Shown: positions 5,823 through 14,794, counted from the first letter of the stretch. The stretch is DNA of 42,689 nucleotides from Hyphomicrobiales bacterium (GCA_002746425.1 NVXB01000001.1:61604-104292), one strand, 5' to 3'. The notes: generated by a model not told the origin, from the letters alone. Program-made: numbers and translations.

Positions 5823-8800
5823 ATGGACTTTTATACATTTTTTCAAAGATATAAATCTGATTTATTAATTTCTGGATATGAGAATGGGAAAAAGGTCAAT
5901 AAAGTTGTACCCCTAAAACCATATTTGTTTGCACCATCCAATAAGGGTGGCATATTTTCTTCTATGGAAGGAGAAAAAGTTAAAAAAATTGACTTTACTA
6001 ACACATGGGAAGCCTCAAAATTCATTAAAGAATATGAGGATATTGAAAATTTTAACATTTATGGCTCTACATATTATGATTATGTACATATAAATGATGC
6101 TTTTCCTATTATAAAAAATGATAATACTAAATTACGTATCGGCAATTATGATATTGAAACAGATTCTGAGGGTGGTTTTGCTGACCTAGAAACTGCTAAT
6201 AAAGAAATCACATCAATTTCATTAGGAGTTATGCATAAAAGAGATATTTATCTCCTGGGTGTAAAGGATTATGATCCAGAAAAATCCGAAATTCTTAAAA
6301 AAGAAATTCCTCATAAAAAAGTCAAATACATTAAATGTGAAAATGAAAAAGAACTTTTAGAGAAATTTATTGAAATTTGGGTGAAACTTAAATTTGATTG
6401 TATTTCTGGATGGTTTATTAATGGGTATGATAATCTATATACCATCAGGCGCATTAGACGCATCCTGGGTGATTCTTATGCTAATAAATTATCACCCTAT
6501 GGCATGATTAAAGAACATAGCTACGAAAAATATGGTAAAACTAAAGAACAATACGAAATTGTAGGAATTCCTACGATCGATTATATTGAGGCATATGCTA
6601 AATTTTCTTTCAAAAATGTTGAATCCTACAAATTAGATTACATTTCTCATCTAGAACTTGATAAGAAAAAATTAGATTATTCTAAATATAAGACATTAGC
6701 GAGATTGTATAAAGAAAATCCTGCGCTTTTCTATGACTATAATATTATTGATATTGTACGTGTCGAAGAATTAGAACATAAATTGAAATTTATTGATCTA
6801 ATGTTTTCTCTTGCATACTTCACTAAAACAAATGTTTTAGATGGTTTTGCCACAGTTAAGCCCTGTGACGTGGTTATTCATAATACTCTTATGAAGAAAA
6901 ACATTGTAGTACCACATAATAAAAAATCAGAACAAAGCTATAGACAAATCGCGGGCGGATATGTAAAACACCCTAAACCAGGGTTTTACAAATATTTAAT
7001 GAGTTTTGATCTCACAAGCCTATATCCATTTTTAATCATGTGTTTCAACATTTCACCCGACGTTTATATCGGTAAAATGGATCAATATGATAATTTGGGT
7101 ACTGCAGATCAAATTATCCATGACAATATATTCGATCATTTGAGAGAAAAATTAGTAAAAGAAAACGTGTGCATAACACCAAAAGGTACTATATTTTCAA
7201 GAGAAAAGCAAGGCGTTTTTGCTGAAATTATGGAAGAGGGTTTCAATCTCAGAAAATCACAAAAAGATGAAATGCTTAAGTATAAGAAACTCAAGGAAAG
7301 TGCTCAGGGCTCTGATAAAGATAAATGGGCAGCACTTGCCACTGAGTATGGTAACAGACAATTAGCCACCAAAATTTTCTTAAATGCATTTTATGGCGGG
7401 CTTGCAAATCCATATTCCAGGTGGTTTAATTATGACATCGCCGAATCTATTACGATGTCAGGGCAATTGGTGACAAAATATATTGAAAATGAGATGAATA
7501 CCTATTTCAATAAAATTCTTAAAACTAAAGATATAGACTATATCATCACGTCGGATACAGACAGTGTCGCTGGAGATTCATTAATATATGTAAACGATAA
7601 GAAAATAAAAATAGAAGATTATTATAATTCTTTAGAAAATAATTTTATTTTAAATGATACATTTAATGAGAATTATGTTAAAGAAGTTAGTGGCGACACT
7701 ACGAAATGTTATATTGAAGGTATAAAAAACAAAAAAATAAATTATATCATGAAACATAAAGTTTCTAAAAAAATGTATAGAATTAAATGCAACGGCAATT
7801 TTGTAGATGTTACAGAAGATCATTCTGTTATCGTAAAAAATAAAAAAACTAAAAAAATAAGTAGCATAAAACCTAAAAATCTTAATCCTAACCTACATTC
7901 TATTATAAATATCAAAACTAAAAAAATAGACGAATTAATAACAGATGATTTTGAAGTAGAATATTTAGGAATAATTGAAAATTATGTTTATGATATAGAA
8001 GTTGAAGAAGCTCATAATTTTTTTGCTAATGATATTTTAGTTCATAATTCCTGCTATATTAATGCTACTACTTTAATTGAAAAAGTATTTCCAGATGATT
8101 CTGGTTCGCAGGAAGAAATTACCAATTTTCTTGAAAATTTTGCTAAAGAAGTTGAAAGCAAAGCTATTGATGTAGCATTAGCAAAATTATACAAAGCAAC
8201 TAATATATATAAACCAAACCTTCATATGAAACTTGAAGCTATTGGACAAGGTGTTTGGCGAGCTACCAAAAATTATATTATGTCAGTGTGGAGCATGGAA
8301 GGTGTTAGATATAAAATTCCTGAAATTAAAATGCAGGGAATTGAGGCTGTAAAATCATCTACTCCTGAAATATGTAGAAATTATATCAAGGATTCACTAA
8401 AATTTATTGTGTCCCAGGACAGAAAAGGTCTAGTAGAACATATAAATAAATGTGAAGCAGAATTTTACGATATGCCATTTCATAAAGTAGCACTACCAAG
8501 AGGTGTCACTGAAATTGATAAATGGGTAGATGGTGATGGTAATTATGCTAAAGGAATACCATATCATGTTAGAGCTGCGTTAAATTATAACAAATTACTC
8601 AAAAAGAAAAACATGCAAAAAGAACATTTATTTATTGGACCTGGAGATAAGATGAGATTATCATATCTCACTATGCCAAATCCAACCAGACAGAATATTT
8701 TTGCGTGCCCTGATGAGCTTCCAGAAGAATTTGGTTTAGAGGAATACGTGGATTATCCTAAACAGTTCGAAAAAAGTTTTATGAAACCTATTACGAGCCT

Positions 8801-8861
8801 AGCTAATGCTGCTGGAATTAGTATGGATAACAAAGTAGAAATGGATCAATTTGAGGAATAA
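5823..8861 (+). CDS. gp43: family-B DNA polymerase (T4 gp43-like), intein-containing precursor
   Basis: AAGGAG RBS upstream. It has the Exo I motif 'YDIETD', 'SLYP' (motif A region), 'KIFLNAFYG' (motif B) and a 'DTDS' motif C interrupted by an insertion of about 162 aa. Confidence 0.9.
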   Translation: MDFYTFFQRYKSDLLISGYENGKKVNKVVPLKPYLFAPSNKGGIFSSMEGEKVKKIDFTNTWEASKFIKEYEDIENFNIYGSTYYDYVHINDAFPIIKNDNTKLRIGNYDIETDSEGGFADLETANKEITSISLGVMHKRDIYLLGVKDYDPEKSEILKKEIPHKKVKYIKCENEKELLEKFIEIWVKLKFDCISGWFINGYDNLYTIRRIRRILGDSYANKLSPYGMIKEHSYEKYGKTKEQYEIVGIPTIDYIEAYAKFSFKNVESYKLDYISHLELDKKKLDYSKYKTLARLYKENPALFYDYNIIDIVRVEELEHKLKFIDLMFSLAYFTKTNVLDGFATVKPCDVVIHNTLMKKNIVVPHNKKSEQSYRQIAGGYVKHPKPGFYKYLMSFDLTSLYPFLIMCFNISPDVYIGKMDQYDNLGTADQIIHDNIFDHLREKLVKENVCITPKGTIFSREKQGVFAEIMEEGFNLRKSQKDEMLKYKKLKESAQGSDKDKWAALATEYGNRQLATKIFLNAFYGGLANPYSRWFNYDIAESITMSGQLVTKYIENEMNTYFNKILKTKDIDYIITSDTDSVAGDSLIYVNDKKIKIEDYYNSLENNFILNDTFNENYVKEVSGDTTKCYIEGIKNKKINYIMKHKVSKKMYRIKCNGNFVDVTEDHSVIVKNKKTKKISSIKPKNLNPNLHSIINIKTKKIDELITDDFEVEYLGIIENYVYDIEVEEAHNFFANDILVHNSCYINATTLIEKVFPDDSGSQEEITNFLENFAKEVESKAIDVALAKLYKATNIYKPNLHMKLEAIGQGVWRATKNYIMSVWSMEGVRYKIPEIKMQGIEAVKSSTPEICRNYIKDSLKFIVSQDRKGLVEHINKCEAEFYDMPFHKVALPRGVTEIDKWVDGDGNYAKGIPYHVRAALNYNKLLKKKNMQKEHLFIGPGDKMRLSYLTMPNPTRQNIFACPDELPEEFGLEEYVDYPKQFEKSFMKPITSLANAAGISMDNKVEMDQFEE
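7563..8048 (+). mobile_element. mini-intein (162 aa) in polymerase motif C
   Basis: The sequence reads ..SDTD|SVAGDSLIYV...VTEDHSVIV...VYDIEVEEAHNFFANDILVHN|SCYINA.. It has blocks A (Ser1), B (TxxH), F and G (HN followed by Ser+1). Excision restores SDTDSCY, compared with T4 GDTDSVY. Confidence 0.8.
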
Positions 8862-8863
8862 AT

Positions 8864-9088
8864 ATGAAAATTACTAATGAAGAAGATTTTGGTTTTTTCC
8901 ACGAAACACAGGAATCAATAAAAAAAGATAATAGAGCAGAAAAACTCTACGAAGAGATTATTCCCTTTTTAAATAAGCTTAAGGGAAATGAGGGCACTGA
9001 TACAATTAATTGGCCAAGTGAACAAAGAATAGAACAAATTGATAAATTTATTACAAAATTAGAAGGAATTTTAAATGAGTCTCATTAA
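8864..9088 (+). CDS. hypothetical protein (74 aa)
   Basis: The ORF lies directly after the polymerase stop. No motif recognised. Confidence 0.5.
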   Translation: MKITNEEDFGFFHETQESIKKDNRAEKLYEEIIPFLNKLKGNEGTDTINWPSEQRIEQIDKFITKLEGILNESH

Positions 9089-10145
9089 CGAATTATTAAA
9101 AGCAACAAGTTTAGACCATGCAGGTATTTTAAGCGAGTCAGAAATTTATAATACCAGAGAATTTTATCCAACCGCAATTCCAATGATGAATGTGGCGCTA
9201 TCAGCAGATCCAATGGGCGGTGTCTCGTCGGGACTTACTGCATGGTGCGGCCCTTCGAGACATTTTAAATCTCTCTTTTGCTTAATTTCAGCGAAAGCAT
9301 ATTTAGATGCCCATGAAGATGGAATTTTAATTTTCTTTGATTCTGAATTTGGCACACCGCCTTCATATTTTGAAGCTGCGGGTATTGATCCTAAACGAGT
9401 TCTACATGTTCCTATTACAACATATGAAGATCTTAAATTCGATATTGCTAAAAAATTAGATATGATTAAACGAGGAGACAAGGTTTTTATTATCATCGAT
9501 TCTTTGGGTAATTTAGCCTCTAAGAAAGAAGCTGCCGATGCTTTAAAAGAAAATTCTGCCGCAGATATGACACGCGCGAAGGAAAATAAATCATTATTTC
9601 GTATTGTTACACCACATTTGCGCTTGAAAAATATTTCTATGCACGTTGTTCAACATACCTACGATACTATGGAAATGTATTCCAGAAAAGTTGTTTCTGG
9701 TGGACAGGGCACTCTCTTATCAGCTGATAATGTATTCATTCTAGGTCGTCAACAAGATAAAGATGGAACAGAATTAAATGGTTATAACTTTATCATCAAC
9801 GTGGAAAAATCCAGGTATGTTAAAGAAAAATCTAAAATACCTATTACAGTCGGTTTTGCAGGTGGCATTAAAAGATGGTCTGGACTTTTGGATTTAGCTG
9901 TAGATGCAGGAATGGTAGCGAAAATTTCGACACAATCTTATAATAAAATTGATCTTGAGACAGGTGAACTTATAGAAGATGTGAAATATAAAAGAAAAGA
10001 AATTGAATATGATTCAAAACTCTGGCTAGAAATGCTAGCAGAACCTAAATTTGTTGATTTTATTAAGAACAAATATGCTGTAGCCCATGGCAAGCTTCTC
10101 GAAGATGACGAAGAATTTCCAGAAATAGATGTACAGGATGAATAA
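9075..10145 (+). CDS. uvsX: UvsX recombinase (RecA-like)
   Basis: Collinear with T4 UvsX: 'IPMMNVALS', 'GPSRHFKS' (Walker A-like), 'FDSEFG', 'IDSLGNLASKKE', 'DMTRAKENKSLFRIVTP' and 'NVEKSRYVKEKSK'. Confidence 0.9.
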   Translation: MSLINELLKATSLDHAGILSESEIYNTREFYPTAIPMMNVALSADPMGGVSSGLTAWCGPSRHFKSLFCLISAKAYLDAHEDGILIFFDSEFGTPPSYFEAAGIDPKRVLHVPITTYEDLKFDIAKKLDMIKRGDKVFIIIDSLGNLASKKEAADALKENSAADMTRAKENKSLFRIVTPHLRLKNISMHVVQHTYDTMEMYSRKVVSGGQGTLLSADNVFILGRQQDKDGTELNGYNFIINVEKSRYVKEKSKIPITVGFAGGIKRWSGLLDLAVDAGMVAKISTQSYNKIDLETGELIEDVKYKRKEIEYDSKLWLEMLAEPKFVDFIKNKYAVAHGKLLEDDEEFPEIDVQDE

Positions 10146-10177
10146 ATCAGTATATAAATAAATTTTTAGGAGTATAA

Positions 10178-11512
10178 GTGCTAGAAAACAAGATTTTATC
10201 ACAATTATTAACCGATGATATATATTTAAGAAAAGTAATTATTCATTTAGATACTGATTACTTTGAAAATGCAAACGAGCAAATAGTCTGTAAATTAATT
10301 ACAGACTATTTTCAAAAATATAATAAAGCTCCAACTAAAAGTATTCTCGAAACAGAAATTGAAAGTAGAGAATTACCTGAAAATATTTATGACAGTTCCA
10401 TTTTATTGGTTAAAAACCTTAAAGATGAGGTACATGATAATGAATGGCTTATAGATAAAACAGAAGAATTTTGTAAAGAACGAGCTTTAAATAATGCGCT
10501 TTTTAAATCAGTAGAGTTATCTGAAAGCGATGAAAAAAACAAAATACCTGAAATTCTATCCAAGGCATTGGGTATTTCATTTGATAATGATCTTGGCCAT
10601 GATTATATTAAAGATGCTGAAAAGCGATTTAAATTCTATAACACTGAGCACAATAAAATACCCTTCGATATTGATTTATTGAATAAAATTACTAAAAACG
10701 GTGTTACTAGAAAAACATTCAACTGTTTAATGGCTCCTACTGGTAAAGGTAAATCGTTAGCCCTTTGTCATATGGCAGCAGCTTATCGTTCCAGCGGCTA
10801 TAATGTATTGTATATTAGTCATGAAATGAGTGAGGAATGGATTTCTAGACGAATTGACGCTAATTATTTCGACATTGATATCAATGATGTTGAGGACATG
10901 GAATATGATAAATTCATGGCTCAGATTAAGATACAGGATAGAAAAAGTGCTGGTGTACTGAAAGTAAAAGAATATCCTACTGGTACTGCTCATGTTGGAC
11001 ATATAAGACATTTAATATCTGAATATAAAATGAAAGAGAATTTCGTTCCAGATGTTATCATTATTGATTATATTAACATCATGTGTAGCTATAAAATGAA
11101 AAATAAAGGCGATTCGTATGGTTATATTAAATCAATTGCTGAAGAAGTAAGAGGATTATTTGTTGAGCTAGATGTAGTTGGATGGAGTGCTACACAAGTA
11201 AATAGGGAAGGTGTGAAAGCATCTGATTTTGATATGGGTGAAACATCTGAATCGATGGGTTTGGTTCATACTCTGGATTTATTTTTAGGTATGATGGCAA
11301 CCGAAGAATTAGAAGCTATGGGTCTGGTGAAATTTAAGCAATTAAAAAATCGTTACGGGGCTCTGGACTATTATTCATCCTTCGTTGTTGGTATTGATAA
11401 GCCTAAAATGAGATTATTTGATGCTGACGATCAAGGTTCTATTACCAAAGAGCCTAACGATTCTGGTCATAAGCAAAACAGGAAAGATAAATTGAATTCC
11501 TTAATGTCATAA
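10178..11512 (+). CDS. gp41: replicative DNA helicase (T4 gp41 / DnaB-like)
   Basis: GTG start 5 nt after an AGGAG RBS. The N-terminus aligns with T4 gp41 (ILSQLL..D..Y..KV). It has the Walker A motif 'APTGKGKS' and DnaB-like C-terminal motifs. Confidence 0.85.
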   Translation: MLENKILSQLLTDDIYLRKVIIHLDTDYFENANEQIVCKLITDYFQKYNKAPTKSILETEIESRELPENIYDSSILLVKNLKDEVHDNEWLIDKTEEFCKERALNNALFKSVELSESDEKNKIPEILSKALGISFDNDLGHDYIKDAEKRFKFYNTEHNKIPFDIDLLNKITKNGVTRKTFNCLMAPTGKGKSLALCHMAAAYRSSGYNVLYISHEMSEEWISRRIDANYFDIDINDVEDMEYDKFMAQIKIQDRKSAGVLKVKEYPTGTAHVGHIRHLISEYKMKENFVPDVIIIDYINIMCSYKMKNKGDSYGYIKSIAEEVRGLFVELDVVGWSATQVNREGVKASDFDMGETSESMGLVHTLDLFLGMMATEELEAMGLVKFKQLKNRYGALDYYSSFVVGIDKPKMRLFDADDQGSITKEPNDSGHKQNRKDKLNSLMS

Positions 11513-11532
11513 ATACTTATAAAGGAAAGAAA

Positions 11533-11880
11533 ATGTTTATAAGTATCGTGTCGTTTTTTCTCGGCAATAGAAAAATGATTATGTATGGTGCAATAGCTCT
11601 TTTTATAGCTGTAACTTTTTTGAAATTCATTTCATTAATTGAAGAAAATGCTAAAAAAGATTTTGTGCTTGAGACTCAGAAAATTTCATTAGAAGAAAAA
11701 GATAAGGCAATAACCATATTAAAGGATACCATTCAATTAAATGATGATATTCTCACTAAACGCGATGGAGAAATAAAACTTTTAGAAGAAGAATTATTCG
11801 ATGTAACAAATAATTTAGGCACAGATTCTACAGATGAAGCTGCCGAATCATTAAAGGAAATTTTTAGGAGATTGAAATGA
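11533..11880 (+). CDS. putative i-spanin (N-terminal TM helix plus coiled coil)
   Basis: It has the TM segment 'IMYGAIALFIAVTFLKFISLI' followed by a charged coiled-coil region. It is immediately followed, with an ATGA overlap, by a lipoprotein gene. Confidence 0.45.
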   Translation: MFISIVSFFLGNRKMIMYGAIALFIAVTFLKFISLIEENAKKDFVLETQKISLEEKDKAITILKDTIQLNDDILTKRDGEIKLLEEELFDVTNNLGTDSTDEAAESLKEIFRRLK

Positions 11881-12158
11881 AGTGGGTAATTATATTAGGT
11901 GTATTTTTAAGTCTAAACGCATGTAGCGATACATTAATAGCGATTAAAAGCGAAACAAACTCAGTGATTGTTACGCCCCCAAATAATTTATACAACTGTC
12001 CTCAACTTAGACGTATACCAAATCCTGAGACTCTTACAAACCAACAGGTAGCAGATACTATTGGTAAACTTTATAAATACAATAAAATTTGCAAGATTAA
12101 TATGAATAATATTAAAAAATTCGTTAATGAAGCTAAAATTTTAAATAAAAATTCATAA
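11877..12158 (+). CDS. putative o-spanin (small outer-membrane lipoprotein)
   Basis: It has a signal peptide with the lipobox 'LSLNAC', is a small Pro/Cys-containing protein, and is paired with an upstream type-II membrane protein. Confidence 0.45.
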   Translation: MKWVIILGVFLSLNACSDTLIAIKSETNSVIVTPPNNLYNCPQLRRIPNPETLTNQQVADTIGKLYKYNKICKINMNNIKKFVNEAKILNKNS

Positions 12159-12162
12159 TTTA

Positions 12163-12192
12163 GTGTACATTTTGTATTGATTTGGTTATTAT
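12163..12192 (+). promoter_or_regulatory. putative promoter, GTGTACA-N17-TATTAT class
   Basis: It has GTGTACA (12163-12169), a 17-nt spacer and TATTAT (12187-12192), in the 120-nt gap upstream of the phosphoesterase genes. Confidence 0.4.
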
Positions 12193-12278
12193 AAAATAGA
12201 GAAAATTTTAAAGTTAAGGATAATATTATGAATAGTAATTTGAATACATATCAACTTACAGAAATTGGAAAGTAGAGA

Positions 12279-12866
12279 ATGAGATATATCGGCGATATTC
12301 ATGGTGATTTTAAGTATTATCAGAAGGTTACTAGCACCTGTGAAAAATCTATTCAAGTAGGTGATTTTGGAATTGGATTTGTGAAAAACCCAATCTATGA
12401 TTATGATGTAAATAACCATAGATTTATTCGCGGCAATCATGATTATCCTGAAGGATGCTATAAAGAACCCAATTTCATTCCAGACGGTACCATTGAAGGT
12501 GATACGATGTTCATGGGCGGCGCAATGTCTATAGACATTCCTCATAGAACTGAAGGTGTAGATTGGTGGAGAGATGAAGAATGTTCTTATTCTGAACTTT
12601 CTAGACTTTATGAAAAATATGTTAAGCATAAACCTAAAATAGTAGTAACTCATGATTGTCCAGAATTTGTTTCTACTATTATGTGTAATGAAGTTAATTT
12701 TGTAAAATTTGATCTTAAATCTATAACTAGAAATGCTTATCAAAATATGTGGGAAGAACATAAACCTGATTTGTGGATATTTGGGCATTGGCATTTAGAT
12801 TTCAGGAAAGAAATTTTTGGTACTGAATTTGTGTGCGTTAATTGTTTAAAATATTTGGATATTTAG
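12279..12866 (+). CDS. metallophosphoesterase (PPP/calcineurin-like)
   Basis: Motifs present: 'GDIHG', 'VGDFG', 'RGNHD', 'VTHDCP' and 'GHWH'. Confidence 0.75.
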   Translation: MRYIGDIHGDFKYYQKVTSTCEKSIQVGDFGIGFVKNPIYDYDVNNHRFIRGNHDYPEGCYKEPNFIPDGTIEGDTMFMGGAMSIDIPHRTEGVDWWRDEECSYSELSRLYEKYVKHKPKIVVTHDCPEFVSTIMCNEVNFVKFDLKSITRNAYQNMWEEHKPDLWIFGHWHLDFRKEIFGTEFVCVNCLKYLDI

Positions 12867-12867
12867 T

Positions 12868-13368
12868 ATGAGAGATATATGGGTAATATCAGATACACAT
12901 TTTAATCATACAAACATATTAAATTTTACTGATGATTTTGGTGATAAAGTGCGTAAATTTGATAATGTAAATCAAATGAATGACTGTATGATCACTAATT
13001 GGAATGAAGTAGTTAAAGAAACTGATATCATCTATCATTTAGGCGATGTGTATTTCGGCAATTCTCACGAAACAGATGAAATTTTAAAGAAATTAAATGG
13101 TAAAAAGAGACTTATATTAGGTAATCATGATAATGGTAAAGATCAAATATTGTATAAACATTTTGCTAAAATAACTCTCTGGCGATTATTTAAAGAACAT
13201 AACATGGTTTTAACACATATACCTTTACATGAAAGTAATATGCAAAAAGTTGAATATAACGTACATGGACACATACACCAAAACATTTCGCCAACGCCAA
13301 ATCATATTAATGTATGTGTTGAACAAATTAATTATAAACCAATTCATATAGAAAGTATAATCAAATGA
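12868..13368 (+). CDS. metallophosphoesterase (second, distinct)
   Basis: Motifs present: 'SDTHFNH', 'LGDV', 'GNHD', 'THIPLH' and 'HGHIH'. Confidence 0.75.
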   Translation: MRDIWVISDTHFNHTNILNFTDDFGDKVRKFDNVNQMNDCMITNWNEVVKETDIIYHLGDVYFGNSHETDEILKKLNGKKRLILGNHDNGKDQILYKHFAKITLWRLFKEHNMVLTHIPLHESNMQKVEYNVHGHIHQNISPTPNHINVCVEQINYKPIHIESIIK

Positions 13369-13547
13369 GAAAAATAGATTTTTCTGACATATTAGTGATT
13401 TTATCAATAAGCTTTTTTAGTATCACTTTAGTTGTTGCTTTTCCTAATCCAGTTGTTTATTTAATTGCACTTGGCTTCTTTTGCTTTTTATTGGTTTTTG
13501 TTTTTGCAACTCCTGCTAAATTAGAAGTTGCTCATGACGGATATTAA
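13365..13547 (+). CDS. small membrane protein (2 predicted TM helices)
   Basis: It has the hydrophobic stretches 'ILVILSISFFSITLVVAF' and 'VVYLIALGFFCFLLVFVFA'. ATGA overlap with the upstream gene. Confidence 0.5.
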   Translation: MRKIDFSDILVILSISFFSITLVVAFPNPVVYLIALGFFCFLLVFVFATPAKLEVAHDGY

Positions 13548-13812
13548 AAAACAACCACCTGCAATATGCGGTTATGCACCAGGTGGCTATTCAACGAAAT
13601 GCCGTAAATGTAAAATTACAATGGATTTTGTCGATAAACGATCTCATGAATGTATAAATTGTGCGATAGATAGTGCAAACGAGAATATGAATATTTCAGA
13701 TGATAAAATCAAAAATTTAACTCTAATGATAGAAATATTACAAAGAGAAAATTTAAATTTGAAAGTTAAACTTAATTTAACGAATAATGATAAACCGGAA
13801 TGGAAAATATAA
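13534..13812 (+). CDS. zinc-ribbon plus coiled-coil protein, tandem paralog 1
   Basis: ATG at 13534 (the ORF track uses the TTG at 13528). Signature: 'PPAICGYAPGGYSTKCRKCKITMDFVDKRSHECINCAIDSANE'. Confidence 0.55.
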   Translation: MTDIKKQPPAICGYAPGGYSTKCRKCKITMDFVDKRSHECINCAIDSANENMNISDDKIKNLTLMIEILQRENLNLKVKLNLTNNDKPEWKI

Positions 13813-14096
13813 TGTCATTCGATATTGATAATTTTGAACATTTACCACCGAGGTTGTGTGGTTATGCACCAGGCGTTAATATGAAAACGTGCCCTAAATG
13901 CAAAAAAGTAACACATGGTGTCGATAAACACTCATATGAGTGCTTAAATTGTGCAATAAAAACAGCTAATGAGGGTATTAAAGAATTAGGAAATAAAAAT
14001 GAAGAGCAGCATTATGAAATTCTAAAACTCAAAAAGAAAAATAAGAGAATGAAGAAAATGCTTAATTTTTTTTATGGACCAATAACATGTTCATAG
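13812..14096 (+). CDS. zinc-ribbon plus coiled-coil protein, tandem paralog 2
   Basis: ATG at 13812 overlaps the upstream TAA (TAATG). Signature: 'PPRLCGYAPGVNMKTCPKCKKVTHGVDKHSYECLNCAIKTANE'. Confidence 0.55.
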   Translation: MSFDIDNFEHLPPRLCGYAPGVNMKTCPKCKKVTHGVDKHSYECLNCAIKTANEGIKELGNKNEEQHYEILKLKKKNKRMKKMLNFFYGPITCS

Positions 14097-14371
14097 AAGA
14101 AGCTAGTAAGAAAATCTTAGAGAGTTATATAGCTATTTTAAAAAGAAAGAACATTAAGGCTATTTGTAATACTGAAAATCCTTTAAGTTTAGAACATGTA
14201 TATTGGATGTGCTGTGAATGCAATAAATCTATTGATGTTAAAAATAAAAAGAATGCTTGGTCTGTAGATAAATACTCAAGATGGATTGGTTTTATTCAAG
14301 CTGCATTAGTAATGCATAAAATTACTACTGTAGATGAGGAAAGAGATAAAACTAGAGAATGGTTAAAATGA
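14087..14371 (+). CDS. hypothetical protein
   Basis: ORF with normal codon usage. The C-terminal 'SRWIGFIQAALVMHKITTVDEERDKTREW' motif was not confidently assigned. Confidence 0.5.
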   Translation: MFIEEASKKILESYIAILKRKNIKAICNTENPLSLEHVYWMCCECNKSIDVKNKKNAWSVDKYSRWIGFIQAALVMHKITTVDEERDKTREWLK

Positions 14372-14420
14372 ATTGGCATTTTTAATCATTATTATTAATA
14401 GAGAAATTAAAGGATAAAAA

Positions 14421-14759
14421 ATGAAATATATTATTTTAATAATGAGTTTAATGTTTGTGAATGCAGCAAATGCAAAATGTTCAGGTTTAACTACAGAAGA
14501 ATTTTTAAATAAATCACCTGAATTTGAAATAGCTGCGATAGTAACAGATGATGATTATTTAAGATTTGATGATGTACAAAATTATTTATATGTAAATAGT
14601 ATGGATGAGAGTATACTTCTCGTCGATAAAATTATTTTACATAATGCAAGATATAATATAAGTCTGTACACTATGTCTATGCATAAAAATGGTTGTGCTA
14701 TTAATTATGTTTTAATTGATGAAGATGTTTGGGTTTATTTTCTCCAGAAATTAAAGTAA
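14421..14759 (+). CDS. secreted hypothetical protein
   Basis: AAAGGA RBS upstream. N-terminal signal peptide 'MKYIILIMSLMFVNAANA|K'. Confidence 0.55.
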   Translation: MKYIILIMSLMFVNAANAKCSGLTTEEFLNKSPEFEIAAIVTDDDYLRFDDVQNYLYVNSMDESILLVDKIILHNARYNISLYTMSMHKNGCAINYVLIDEDVWVYFLQKLK

Positions 14760-14794
14760 AAAAAGAGCGGGGATAAACCCGCTCAGTTTGTTTT
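14757..14794. terminator. bidirectional rho-independent terminator
   Basis: It has the stem GAGCGGG (14765-14771), a GATAAA loop and CCCGCTC (14778-14784). It is flanked by an A-run on the left (a T-run on the - strand) and TTTGTTTT on the right. It lies between convergent genes. Confidence 0.75.

Noticed and set aside
10153-10160. TATAAATA on the + strand upstream of the gp41 helicase
   Set aside because: This 8-mer is expected many times by chance in DNA this AT-rich, and the downstream gene is a replication (early/middle) gene. I did not call it without transcript data.
12228-12275. 15-codon mini-ORF (MNSNLNTYQLTEIGK) with a strong AAGGA RBS upstream of the first phosphoesterase
   Set aside because: It is too short to support as a gene. 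It might be a leader peptide, but nothing in the sequence demonstrates that.
12189-12794. 201-aa ORF on the - strand
   Set aside because: It is entirely antisense to the well-supported metallophosphoesterase gene. Its Phe/Ile/Asn-rich low-complexity composition is typical of a spurious reverse-frame ORF in AT-rich DNA.
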